Shown here in pieces: positions 8,380 to 18,462 of a DNA stretch of 64,000 bases (positions are counted from its first letter, which is position 1; the number at the start of each line of letters is the position of its first letter). Below the pieces are notes generated by a model. The model did no database searches. It worked only from the letters and a program-made list of their open reading frames with translations, and had not been told where the DNA came from. The translations under genes and the position numbers were made by a program. The stretch is from Spirochaetales bacterium (GTDB lineage: Bacteria; Spirochaetota; Spirochaetia; SZUA-6; RPPD01): NCBI GenBank assembly GCA_016929065.1, contig JAFGJO010000042.1:96300-160299 (forward strand). Reading direction: 5' to 3'.

Positions 8380-9806
8380 TGGGGAAGCCAACTGGTTTTT
8401 TTGAATATGCTCGCAAGAGCTTTACCTATCGTCCGGTCAAGGAACGAATCAAGGATTTCAGGGAATTTGTCATCTGCCAGCCGGTGGAAGAAACACAAAC
8501 CCAGGGCTCGCGCTGTATGGACTGCGGAATTCCGTTTTGCCATTCAACGGGATGCCCGGTCTTTAATCTTATCCCCGAGTGGAATGACCTTGTCTATCAC
8601 GGGAAATGGGAAGAGGCGTATTACCGGCTGGAACTTACCAATAACCTGCCCGAGATTACCGGAAGGATTTGTCCCGCTCCGTGCGAAACGTCGTGTACGC
8701 TCTCTATTAATACCGCGCCGGTTACCATCAAACAGATAGAACTTGCCATAATCGAAAAGGCGTTCGAAGAAGGCTGGGTTGTTCCCCGTCCGCCGAAACA
8801 GGAAACAGGAAAACGAGTTGCAGTTATCGGGTCGGGGCCTGCAGGACTTGCCGCTGCACAGGAGCTCCGGCGCACCGGACATGCGGTGACCGTATTCGAG
8901 CAATCGTCGAAAGCAGGCGGAATCCTCCGCTACGGCATTCCCGATTTCAAACTGGAAAAACACATCATCGACCGCCGGCTTTCACAGATGGCGGCTGAAG
9001 GCATACAGTTTGAAACGAATGTTAGTGTGGGTGATGATGTTTCGGTAAAATATCTCAAACAGAAATATGATGCAATTCTCCTCGCACAGGGAGCCGGTGA
9101 ACCGCGGGACCTTCCCGTTCCGGGCCGCGGCCTTGAGGGCATTTACTATGCAATGGATTATTTGACGGTGAATAACATGGTACTCGCCGGCGAATTGCAG
9201 GATACCGATCTAATTTCAGCAAAAGACAAGACTGTTCTGGTGATCGGCGGCGGGGATACCGGAGCAGATTGCGTGGGAACGGCAAACCGCCAGGGTGCAA
9301 AAAAAGTGTTTCAGTATGAAATACTCCCAAAACCCCTTGAATGGAAAGAACCATTTAATCCTGAATGGCCGGCATGGCCGAATATTCTCCGCACCGGAAG
9401 TTCCCATGAAGAAGGCTGTACCCGTGACTGGTCAATCAATACAAAACAGTTCTCCAGTCAGGGTATTCGTGTTCAAAAGGGATATTTCAACCGGGTTGAA
9501 TGGAAAAAAGATGCATCGACCGGCAGGTTTAAAATGAACGAAATCGAGGGAAGCGATTTTTCACTTGATGTTGATATCGTCCTTCTGGCGATGGGTTTTC
9601 TGCATGTAAAACATTCTCGCCTCCTGCAGGATCTGGGCATTGAGTTTGATGAACGGGGCAATATAAAAACCAGTACCGGGTATGATACCAACGTACCGGG
9701 TGTATTTGCTGCCGGCGATTCATCCACCGGAGCATCCCTGATCGTGCGGGCAATCTGGCACGGAAGGCAGGCTTCTAAAAATATTGATACATTCCTGAAG
9801 CAATGA
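8379..9806 (+). CDS. gltD: Glutamate synthase small subunit (NADPH-dependent beta chain)
   Basis: Start overlaps the gltB stop. Fe-S Cys cluster 'CMDCGIPFCH...CPAPCETSC'. Two Rossmann dinucleotide motifs 'VAVIGSGPAGLAAA' and 'VLVIGGGDTGADC'. Confidence 0.95.
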   Translation: MGKPTGFFEYARKSFTYRPVKERIKDFREFVICQPVEETQTQGSRCMDCGIPFCHSTGCPVFNLIPEWNDLVYHGKWEEAYYRLELTNNLPEITGRICPAPCETSCTLSINTAPVTIKQIELAIIEKAFEEGWVVPRPPKQETGKRVAVIGSGPAGLAAAQELRRTGHAVTVFEQSSKAGGILRYGIPDFKLEKHIIDRRLSQMAAEGIQFETNVSVGDDVSVKYLKQKYDAILLAQGAGEPRDLPVPGRGLEGIYYAMDYLTVNNMVLAGELQDTDLISAKDKTVLVIGGGDTGADCVGTANRQGAKKVFQYEILPKPLEWKEPFNPEWPAWPNILRTGSSHEEGCTRDWSINTKQFSSQGIRVQKGYFNRVEWKKDASTGRFKMNEIEGSDFSLDVDIVLLAMGFLHVKHSRLLQDLGIEFDERGNIKTSTGYDTNVPGVFAAGDSSTGASLIVRAIWHGRQASKNIDTFLKQ

Positions 9807-9807
9807 T

Positions 9808-9838
9808 AAAAAAAGGCGCCATTCGGCGCCTTTTTTTA
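9808..9838. terminator. Bidirectional intrinsic terminator between the convergent gltD and gdhA
   Basis: AAAAAAA-GGCGCC-ATTC-GGCGCC-TTTTTTT. A perfect hairpin flanked by an A run and a T run. Confidence 0.7.
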
Positions 9839-9854
9839 TCATTTTTCAAAATTA

Positions 9855-11216
<1,362 letters not shown>

Positions 11217-11228
11217 TTAAAAATACTC

Positions 11229-11255
11229 ACCAAACGGTAATAGCTTGCCGTTTGG
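11229..11255 (-). promoter_or_regulatory. Dyad CCAAACGG-N10-CCGTTTGG in the gdhA 5' region, immediately upstream of the RBS (as RNA, an 8 bp hairpin)
   Basis: caccAAACGGTAATAGCTTGCCGTTTGGtaaa. Contains two copies of the AAACGG(C/T)AA motif in opposite orientation. Confidence 0.4.
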
Positions 11256-11392
11256 TAAATTTACCATAGCACCAGCCGTCATATATGTCAATATTTTTTC
11301 CGTTTTTTCCCCGATTTTTGGCAATAGAGAGGTGTTTTTCGATGTTTTTTGACCGTTTATTGCCGATTAACGTTCGACAAGTCCTTGTCGAT

Positions 11393-11410
11393 AACGGCAA
11401 TTTTGCCGTT
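11393..11410. promoter_or_regulatory. Perfect palindrome AACGGCAA-tt-TTGCCGTT between the nrpR-like stop and gdhA
   Basis: ataACGGCAAttTTGCCGTttga. Same half-site as at 11229-11255, 23924-23973 and 31419-31428. Confidence 0.4.
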
Positions 11411-11448
11411 TGAAATGCTTTTCAGCTATTTTTTTGTTCATAGTGCTG

Positions 11449-12519
11449 TTACGGGCTCTTGATAAGATCGCGGAATTTCTCTTCAAAGTCAGTGAAAAAA
11501 AACAGTTTATTGTAATCGATAACCGAAGACAGTGCCCGGGAATATACATCGACACCGTGTTCCTCAAGAATTGCCACAGGATTGAGGCCCCCAATCACAA
11601 TGGCCGCAATACGGCCCTCATTAACCGGTATTCCCAGCAATGTCTGGCCCGGAAAGCCCAACTGCAATAATCCGCCGAGTCCGACCTTGTCCAGTTCTGT
11701 GGAAAGCGCGAGCACTTTCTCCCTGCAAACAGCCGGGACTTCGCGAAAACTTGCACCTATCTGTCCGTTTCCGGTTGTTGTTGCGCCCCGGTGATCGGTC
11801 ATTCCGCTTTTAATGTAGATTTCGAGTGGATCAAGTGTCGTGCCGTCATAATTGATAATTGCGGTAAAACGGGACGGCTTCCAGTCCACATACTCAAGAA
11901 GCCCGCCGAACCGGCTCGTTACCGGAATTCCCCGGCTTAACAGAATGCCGTTTAAGGTAATGGAGCAAACTGTTCCGATGCCGATCATCCCTGCCGGAAT
12001 GATAATATCGCCGATCCGGTCTCCGGGGTAAAACATGGCCAGCAGTTTTCCCATGCTGTACCCCTTTTTAAAGACTTCCAGCATGTAGGGATAGGTATAT
12101 AACAGTTCCCGCTGGGAAACAATACTCATGTTGACGACAACACTCCCTGTTTTGGTTACAGGATCAAAGTTCATTTCACAGGACATCGCATCGATTTTTG
12201 ACGCCAGGAACCCCACTTTATCAAACACCCGGGCTTTGGTGAACTCGATGAGCCCCTTTTCGGTAATCTTCCGTCCCTGCCGGCCGATACATTCTGTGAG
12301 GCCGTTCTTGTCCATGGCATTCAAATGAAAGCGTACGGTTCGCTCGCTCATATCCATATTCAGCACAGCAAGCATCTCCATAATTGTCTGGCTTCCCAGC
12401 GGCTCATCAACATCCTTGAGTACTGACAGTATGGCGAGGCGTTTTTTTTCGATTTTGTCGCTGGTTTCTTTCATGGTCCTCAAATTCTGAATCAAGATGA
12501 ATTCTTCTCTGCGGCTCAT
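11449..12519 (-). CDS. NrpR-like nitrogen-repressor-family transcription regulator (N-terminal winged HTH plus one DUF128/NrpR domain)
   Basis: N-terminal 'IEKKRLAILSVLKDVDEPLGSQTIMEMLAVLNMDMSERTVRFHLNAMDKNGLTECIGRQGRKITEKGLIEF' has the NrpR winged-HTH pattern. A single globular domain of about 250 aa follows. The gene sits beside gdhA and near gltBD. The longest ORF starts with TTG at 12582; ATG starts at 12519 (MSRREEF) or 12474 (MKETSDK) are more likely. Confidence 0.5.
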   Translation of the reverse strand: MSRREEFILIQNLRTMKETSDKIEKKRLAILSVLKDVDEPLGSQTIMEMLAVLNMDMSERTVRFHLNAMDKNGLTECIGRQGRKITEKGLIEFTKARVFDKVGFLASKIDAMSCEMNFDPVTKTGSVVVNMSIVSQRELLYTYPYMLEVFKKGYSMGKLLAMFYPGDRIGDIIIPAGMIGIGTVCSITLNGILLSRGIPVTSRFGGLLEYVDWKPSRFTAIINYDGTTLDPLEIYIKSGMTDHRGATTTGNGQIGASFREVPAVCREKVLALSTELDKVGLGGLLQLGFPGQTLLGIPVNEGRIAAIVIGGLNPVAILEEHGVDVYSRALSSVIDYNKLFFFTDFEEKFRDLIKSP

Positions 12520-12770
12520 AGTACCAGCTGTGAAAATATTTGTAAATGTCAAAGGAATCATTTGCCGGAAACAATCTGACAATACATATCACGGAAATAA
12601 ACTGTTTTTCTTTCATTCAATGCCGGTCAGATAGTTCAACACGACTGCATATTTTTACCATATTCTTTTGAAGAATTCCATGAAATACCTATAATTAATG
12701 GAGGGAACAAAAAGCACTCATTGAGACGAAAAGCACTTTCACTTTTTTTCCGCAATCTGAAGGAGGCTAT

Positions 12771-13187
12771 ATGAGCACCGAACAATCGCCCGTACAGAAG
12801 AGAAAGACACTCCCCCCCTCCCATATCCTGGTTGTTGACGATGAACCGATTCTTCTCGACATGGCATCAACCATGCTGAAACGCCTGGGATGTACCGTTG
12901 ATGTGGCAGAAAACGGCCGTGAAGCGTTGAATATTTACACGCAAAAAAAAGACAAAATCCATATTGTGATTCTCGATATGATTATGCCGATACTCGACGG
13001 GAAAGAAACTTTTCTGGAACTGCAAAAAATAAATCCCGACTTAAAAGTGCTCCTTGCCTCGGGATTCAGCCTGGATGCCGAGGCACAGATATTGCTCTCG
13101 CAGGGAGTTTCCGGATTTCTTCAAAAACCGTTCCGGATGCACGAATTGTACAACAAGCTGGCTGATATTCTTGAACCGGAACCATAA
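12771..13187 (+). CDS. Stand-alone response-regulator receiver (CheY-like REC) protein
   Basis: 'ILVVDDEPILLDMASTMLKRLGCTVDVAENGREAL...IVILDMIMPILDGKETF...KVLLASGF'. Phospho-acceptor Asp, T/S and K positions are in place. There is no output domain. Confidence 0.8.
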   Translation: MSTEQSPVQKRKTLPPSHILVVDDEPILLDMASTMLKRLGCTVDVAENGREALNIYTQKKDKIHIVILDMIMPILDGKETFLELQKINPDLKVLLASGFSLDAEAQILLSQGVSGFLQKPFRMHELYNKLADILEPEP

Positions 13188-13199
13188 TGGACAGACTCC

Positions 13200-14504
13200 T
13201 TACACGCTCTCCCTCTTGTCTATGACCCGGCGTATCTTGTCTTTTGTCGCCCGCTCGAAGGTTCGAGGCTCCACAAAATGCACCTGTGCCGAAATCTCCA
13301 GCTCCTGCTGAATGCGTTCAACCAGTGTGTCGCGCATTGCCTCAAGTTTTCCCAGTTTGTCGATCTCAAATGACTCGCCAGCCTCGACCCTGACATCCAT
13401 GATGTCCTTTCCATTCTCACGGGACAGAACGATCTGGTAATGGGGTGCAGTCCCCTCTACATCAAGAAGAATCTGTTCGATTTCCGACGGGAATATTTTT
13501 TGTCCGTCAAAAAAGATCAGGTCATCGGTCCGGCCCGTCACTCTTGTTATACGGGTAAATGTTCTGCCGCATGAACACGGCTCTGAAATGAGTGATGCAA
13601 TATCGCCGGTCCGGTAACGGATCAAAGGGAACCCCTCCTTGGTGATGGTGGTAAACACCAGCTCGCCCTGTCCGTCTTCACCAACCCACTTGCCGGTGGC
13701 AGGATCAACAACCTCAACGATAAAATGGTCTTCATTGACATGCAGTCCCGCGCGCTCTTCACATTCGCCGGCAACACCCGGGCCCATAATCTCGGTGAGA
13801 CCGTAACTGTCATGGGCAGTGCAATGCAGTCTGGTTTCGATCTGCCTGCGCATGCTGTTACTCCACGGCTCTGCTCCGAAAATCCCGGTTTTCAGAGAAA
13901 GCTGTTCCGGGTGAATTTTCATCGCATCCATTTCCTGGGCAATATGAAGGGCAAAACCGGGCGTACACAACAAGGCTGTGGTCTTGTAGTCTTTCATAAT
14001 AGTAATCTGCTTTTCAGCGAGTGTTGTGGACGCGGGAATCACCGAGGCACCGATGAGTTCGGCACCCTGATGGAATCCAAAACCGCCGGTAAATAAATCG
14101 TAATGAAATGCAATCTGGACAACATCATGCTCGGTAATACCGGATGCTGCCAAAAGCCGGGCAGTACAGGCTGTCCAGTTTTTCAGGTCGTTTTTTGTAT
14201 ATCCCACCACAAGCGGTTTTCCGGCTGTCCCGGAGGTGGAATGTATCCGCACAATATCGCGCAGGGGAACGGCAAACATGTCATAGGGGTAAGCGGCGAG
14301 AAGGTCTGCGCGGGTGGTGAACGGCAGATTCGGCAGGTCTTCCCGGCTTTTTATTGATTCAATATTCACCCCGTGACTGTCAAATGATTTTTTATAAAAA
14401 GCTACATTACGGTACACACGGTTTAATGTGGTCTGCAGCCGTTCAATCTGGACCTGCTCCAGTTCTTTCCGAGGCATGGTTTCTGCTTTTTTATCGAATA
14501 TCAT
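13200..14504 (-). CDS. paaK: Phenylacetate-CoA ligase family (aryl-acetate:CoA ligase), copy 1
   Basis: 434 aa. 'ELEQVQIERLQTTLNRVYRNVAFYKKSFDSHGV', 'HSTSGTAGKPLVVGYTKNDL', 'GLTEIMGPGVAGEC'. AMP-binding fold. Lies immediately downstream of livF. Confidence 0.85.
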   Translation of the reverse strand: MIFDKKAETMPRKELEQVQIERLQTTLNRVYRNVAFYKKSFDSHGVNIESIKSREDLPNLPFTTRADLLAAYPYDMFAVPLRDIVRIHSTSGTAGKPLVVGYTKNDLKNWTACTARLLAASGITEHDVVQIAFHYDLFTGGFGFHQGAELIGASVIPASTTLAEKQITIMKDYKTTALLCTPGFALHIAQEMDAMKIHPEQLSLKTGIFGAEPWSNSMRRQIETRLHCTAHDSYGLTEIMGPGVAGECEERAGLHVNEDHFIVEVVDPATGKWVGEDGQGELVFTTITKEGFPLIRYRTGDIASLISEPCSCGRTFTRITRVTGRTDDLIFFDGQKIFPSEIEQILLDVEGTAPHYQIVLSRENGKDIMDVRVEAGESFEIDKLGKLEAMRDTLVERIQQELEISAQVHFVEPRTFERATKDKIRRVIDKRESV

Positions 14505-14513
14505 ATTTCCCCC

Positions 14514-15248
14514 CTACTCATCAATAGTACTGTAGTCTTTCCCAAGATACGCCCGGCCGACATCATGATTTTCCAGCAATTCCTCCCTGCTCCCGGAAAC
14601 TACAATCTGGCCTGTTTCAAGGACATACCCCCGGTCTGCAATTGACAGGGCTTTTTTTGCGTTTTGTTCAACAAGCAGAACAGAAAGCCCCTCTTCACGG
14701 AGCATGCTGATTGTTTTGAATATCTGCGACACAATAATGGGGGCAATCCCCATTGACGGCTCATCCATCATCAAAAGTTTCGGCCGCGACATAAGCGCAC
14801 GCGCGATCGCAAGCATCTGCTGTTCGCCCCCGGAGAGCGTTCCAGCCATCTGTTTCATCCTTTTTTGCAGGACAGGAAACAGGGAATACATTCTTTCGAT
14901 ATCCTGTTGTATTGCGGACTTTTCATTTTTTCCCGAACGCAAGAAGGCGCCAAGCTCCAGGTTCTCTTTTACCGTCAGGGTTGAAAAAACTCTCCGCCCC
15001 TCGGGAACAAGCACACATCCCGCCTCAACCCGTTTCTCTGCAGAAAAACTCTCCAGATCGGTATTATCGAATGTCACTGTTCCCGCAAAGGGTTTCAGGA
15101 TTCCCGCCACAGTCATCAGTAATGTGGATTTTCCCGCACCGTTCGGACCAATGACGGTCACAATTTCATTTTCCCCGACATGGACTGAAACCCCCTTGAG
15201 CACACGCAGCTTATGGTAACCGGATTGCAGATTCCGTATTGTCAGCAT
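14514..15248 (-). CDS. livF: Branched-chain amino acid ABC transporter ATP-binding protein
   Basis: Walker A 'GPNGAGKST'. Signature 'LSGGEQQMLAIARAL'. Walker B 'LLMMDEPS'. Confidence 0.9.
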   Translation of the reverse strand: MLTIRNLQSGYHKLRVLKGVSVHVGENEIVTVIGPNGAGKSTLLMTVAGILKPFAGTVTFDNTDLESFSAEKRVEAGCVLVPEGRRVFSTLTVKENLELGAFLRSGKNEKSAIQQDIERMYSLFPVLQKRMKQMAGTLSGGEQQMLAIARALMSRPKLLMMDEPSMGIAPIIVSQIFKTISMLREEGLSVLLVEQNAKKALSIADRGYVLETGQIVVSGSREELLENHDVGRAYLGKDYSTIDE

Positions 15249-16015
15249 TCGTCTTCCCCCAAATACACACGGATGACATCGGGATTTTTCTGTATTTCAC
15301 GCGGCAGGCCTTCGGCAAGGACCGCTCCTTCATTGAGCACAAGTATTTCATCGGAAATATCCATCACCATGGACATGTCATGCTCCACCAACAGGATGGT
15401 AATACCAAGGTCGCGGATCCTGCAGATGAGCTGTGACAGTTCTTTTGTCTCATAAATGTTCAATCCTGCAGCAGGCTCGTCCAAAAGCAGAATATCCGGT
15501 TCAAGAGCGCATGCCCGGGCGCATTCCACCTTCCGTTTTATCCCGAATGCAAGGTTTTGTGCTGTTTCGTCTATAAATTCTCCAAGGCTGAAAAATGTTA
15601 AGAGCTCGCGGGATTTTTTTTTACAGTCAGATTCCTCCCGCAGCGTCCAGGGCAGCCTGAGCGCACTCGCAATAAACCCTGCTTTTGTTTTTATATGCCG
15701 GCCCGCCATGATATTTTCAAGAACTGTCATGTGTTCAAACAGACGCGTTGTCTGATACGTCCTGGCCATTCCCAGCGCGGCAATTGCATATGGTTTTTTT
15801 GATGAGATCAATTCGCCCTTGAACATGACCCTCCCGGAATCCGCAGGGATAGCCCCGCTTAACAGATTAAAAAGCGTGGTTTTTCCCGCACCGTTCGGCC
15901 CGATAATCGATTTTATTTTACCTTTTTGAACCGAAAACCATACATCCCGAACCGCATGCAGGCCGCCGAAATGCTTGTTCAGCCCCTGTGCTTCAAGAAT
16001 TACAGCATCGCTCAT
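15242..16015 (-). CDS. livG: Branched-chain amino acid ABC transporter ATP-binding protein
   Basis: Walker A 'GPNGAGKTTLFN', Walker B 'ILLLDEPAAGL'. LivG-type C-terminus. Overlaps livF and livM. Confidence 0.9.
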   Translation of the reverse strand: MSDAVILEAQGLNKHFGGLHAVRDVWFSVQKGKIKSIIGPNGAGKTTLFNLLSGAIPADSGRVMFKGELISSKKPYAIAALGMARTYQTTRLFEHMTVLENIMAGRHIKTKAGFIASALRLPWTLREESDCKKKSRELLTFFSLGEFIDETAQNLAFGIKRKVECARACALEPDILLLDEPAAGLNIYETKELSQLICRIRDLGITILLVEHDMSMVMDISDEILVLNEGAVLAEGLPREIQKNPDVIRVYLGEDEC

Positions 16016-17253
16016 TTTTCGTCATCCTTCTTTTTATTTGCAAAAACAATACCCTTTTTTTCAAGTTTGCGCTTGAGCACCATTCTTCGCGTCAGGCGTC
16101 TTGTTTTTTTTATCACCACCTCCAGGTATTCTTTGCGGAACAACCCCCGGGGCAGAAACAGCATGGTCACCACCAAAATGAGCGCAAAAAATATTTCGTC
16201 GAAGCTGCCAAAGTAGCCGCGCAGGGAAACAAAGTTCAGCCCCATGCTCATGGCAACAACCCCCCAGATCGAATCCATGCCGCCTGCAGCGACGATGGAA
16301 ACATAGCGGACTGATTTTAATACACTTGTCTCGGAGGTGCCGATGCTCCCGTTATAATGAACAAGGAATACACCCGCAATGGCAGCGAACAATGCAGAGA
16401 GCACAAACACTCCGAGCTTGTAACGCATGGCATTGATCCCAAGAGACCCCGCAGCCTGTTCATTGCCGTGGATAGCGCGAAGGGCGCGGCCCACACGCGA
16501 GGCAACAATGTGCATACTGACAATGAGGACAATAAACAGAATAATGCCCGCAATATAGTAATTCACCGTGCGGTCAGCCATCCCGCCGTTTATGGATAAA
16601 GGCCCGACAAGATGGAATGCAGGAACCCGCGAGATCCCGTCGGCCTCTCCAAATAATTTGGTGCCAAATACAATGGTTGAAATAATAATACCAAACCCAA
16701 GAGTTGCCATGGCAAGATAATGCCCTTTCAGCCGGAGGACCGGAAGGCCGATAAGACAGGCAATGCCGATTGCGGTCAAAAGCGAGATAAACAATGCCGC
16801 CGAAGGGGCATATGACAAAATGCCATTGCCGAAACCATCAGTTCCCGGCACAAACATGCCAAAAATATCTCCAAGGCCCACGAACAGCTTTACGGGGATT
16901 CCCAGAATCGCCCCGATTTTTTCGGGAATGAGCTCATACCACTCTACTGTACCGAATATTTGTGACACATTTTTAAACACCTCATCCCATGAGGAGTGAA
17001 TTATTGAAGAAAAATCATGCGTGGTGAGCATTGCCTGCATATAGGCGCCGATACTGAAAAATCCGGCATGGCCAAGAGATATCTGGCCCGCGTATCCCAT
17101 CAGCAGGCATAATCCGATGACCACGATGGTATAATAAAAAGACATTGTAATCTGCGTAAAATAAAACGCAGCACCGGTAAGGGAGATGACGAGCTGCACT
17201 GCAACAAGCGCACCCAGAAAAACGGCCGCAGGAAGATATTGCCTGATATTCAT
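16012..17253 (-). CDS. livM: Branched-chain amino acid ABC transporter permease (with a basic C-terminal tail)
   Basis: Polytopic membrane protein. 'GYAGQISLGHAGFFSIGAY' matches the LivM family. The start overlaps the livH stop. Confidence 0.85.
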   Translation of the reverse strand: MNIRQYLPAAVFLGALVAVQLVISLTGAAFYFTQITMSFYYTIVVIGLCLLMGYAGQISLGHAGFFSIGAYMQAMLTTHDFSSIIHSSWDEVFKNVSQIFGTVEWYELIPEKIGAILGIPVKLFVGLGDIFGMFVPGTDGFGNGILSYAPSAALFISLLTAIGIACLIGLPVLRLKGHYLAMATLGFGIIISTIVFGTKLFGEADGISRVPAFHLVGPLSINGGMADRTVNYYIAGIILFIVLIVSMHIVASRVGRALRAIHGNEQAAGSLGINAMRYKLGVFVLSALFAAIAGVFLVHYNGSIGTSETSVLKSVRYVSIVAAGGMDSIWGVVAMSMGLNFVSLRGYFGSFDEIFFALILVVTMLFLPRGLFRKEYLEVVIKKTRRLTRRMVLKRKLEKKGIVFANKKKDDEK

Positions 17254-18311
17254 TAAAATTCCTTCAACTGGCTTGCCTGCCGGCTGCCGAATACACCGCT
17301 CGGTTTGAAAACAAGAATAAGTAAAAGCAGCAGGATCGCCACCACATCCTTGTAGGCATTGGGGAAGATACTGACACTAAACGCCTCGAGGATGCCCAGG
17401 ATGAGTCCACCGGCGACCGCTGCGAAACTGTTGCCGAGCCCGCCAAGGATGGCAACCGAGAATCCCTTTATGGCAAGTACCGATCCCATATCATACTTTG
17501 TCTGTGAAAGCGGGGAAATGACGCTGCCTGCCAGTGCGGCAATCGCGGCTGACACGATAAAGGAAATGGTAATCATAAGCCGGACATTTATCCCGCACAA
17601 TTTTGCGGCAGTGTGGTCAAGACTGCACGCTCTCATGGCCTTGCCGTAGCGGGTGTATTTGAAAAAGACATACAAGCCGATCACCAGGAGCGCACAAATG
17701 CCCAAGACCCAGATCCGCTGGGGAGAAAAAGAGATCGAACCCAATGACAGGATGGTATTTGAATCCCCGATAAAATAGGGAAGCACATGCGCGTCCTTGT
17801 CCCAGAGATGGCTCATGATTTCGCGCGTCAAAATAGAAACTGCAATGGTGAGCACAATCAGGCTCAAGACTGTCTGTTCTTTCATATATTTTCGAAACAC
17901 TGTTTCAAGCCCGAATCCAACGGGAAGGCCGAACAGAAATGCGGCGGCAAAATCAATACCCTCCGGTAAAAAGGAGAAAATGCCGAGTGTTTTTAGAAGA
18001 AGAGCGGCAATAATGCCGATACAGACCGACCGGAACGGTGAAAAAGACCGGTTGCGGCGGATAAACACATTTTCCACTACCGCCCCGTACACCGCAGCAA
18101 CCAGTACTCCCACGCCGATGGCAATACCGATCGGTAGAATGCTGGACATCGATATTGCGACCATGGCTCCCAGGATCAAAAAGTCTCCCTGGGCGAAATT
18201 GATAATTCCGGTGGTATTGTAGATAATATTAAATCCAATAGCCACAATCGCATACTGTGCGCCGACAGTGAGTCCTATGACGAGATAATTGAAAAACAGA
18301 TCAACATTCAT
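17253..18311 (-). CDS. livH: Branched-chain amino acid ABC transporter permease
   Basis: Polytopic. 'FNIIYNTTGIINFAQGDF' matches the LivH family. The likely start is MNVDLFFNYLVIGL at 18311; the ORF extends to 18341. Confidence 0.85.
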   Translation of the reverse strand: MNVDLFFNYLVIGLTVGAQYAIVAIGFNIIYNTTGIINFAQGDFLILGAMVAISMSSILPIGIAIGVGVLVAAVYGAVVENVFIRRNRSFSPFRSVCIGIIAALLLKTLGIFSFLPEGIDFAAAFLFGLPVGFGLETVFRKYMKEQTVLSLIVLTIAVSILTREIMSHLWDKDAHVLPYFIGDSNTILSLGSISFSPQRIWVLGICALLVIGLYVFFKYTRYGKAMRACSLDHTAAKLCGINVRLMITISFIVSAAIAALAGSVISPLSQTKYDMGSVLAIKGFSVAILGGLGNSFAAVAGGLILGILEAFSVSIFPNAYKDVVAILLLLLILVFKPSGVFGSRQASQLKEF

Positions 18312-18412
18312 GCTTTTCCCTGCTTTCTTTGGCAGAATCAAAACACTTTTTGGGAATTTGCTTTTTTATCATGGCATAACCGGAATGATTTTTCAACCCT
18401 GATTTTCTTGAC

Positions 18413-18438
18413 AAAAAAGCCCCCTGTTTCCAGGGGGC
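18413..18438 (-). terminator. Intrinsic terminator after giant surface protein 1
   Basis: Minus-strand RNA GCCCCCUG-gaaa-CAGGGGGC followed by UUUUUU. Confidence 0.75.
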
Positions 18439-18462
18439 CTATACAAATTACATTCTATGCCG

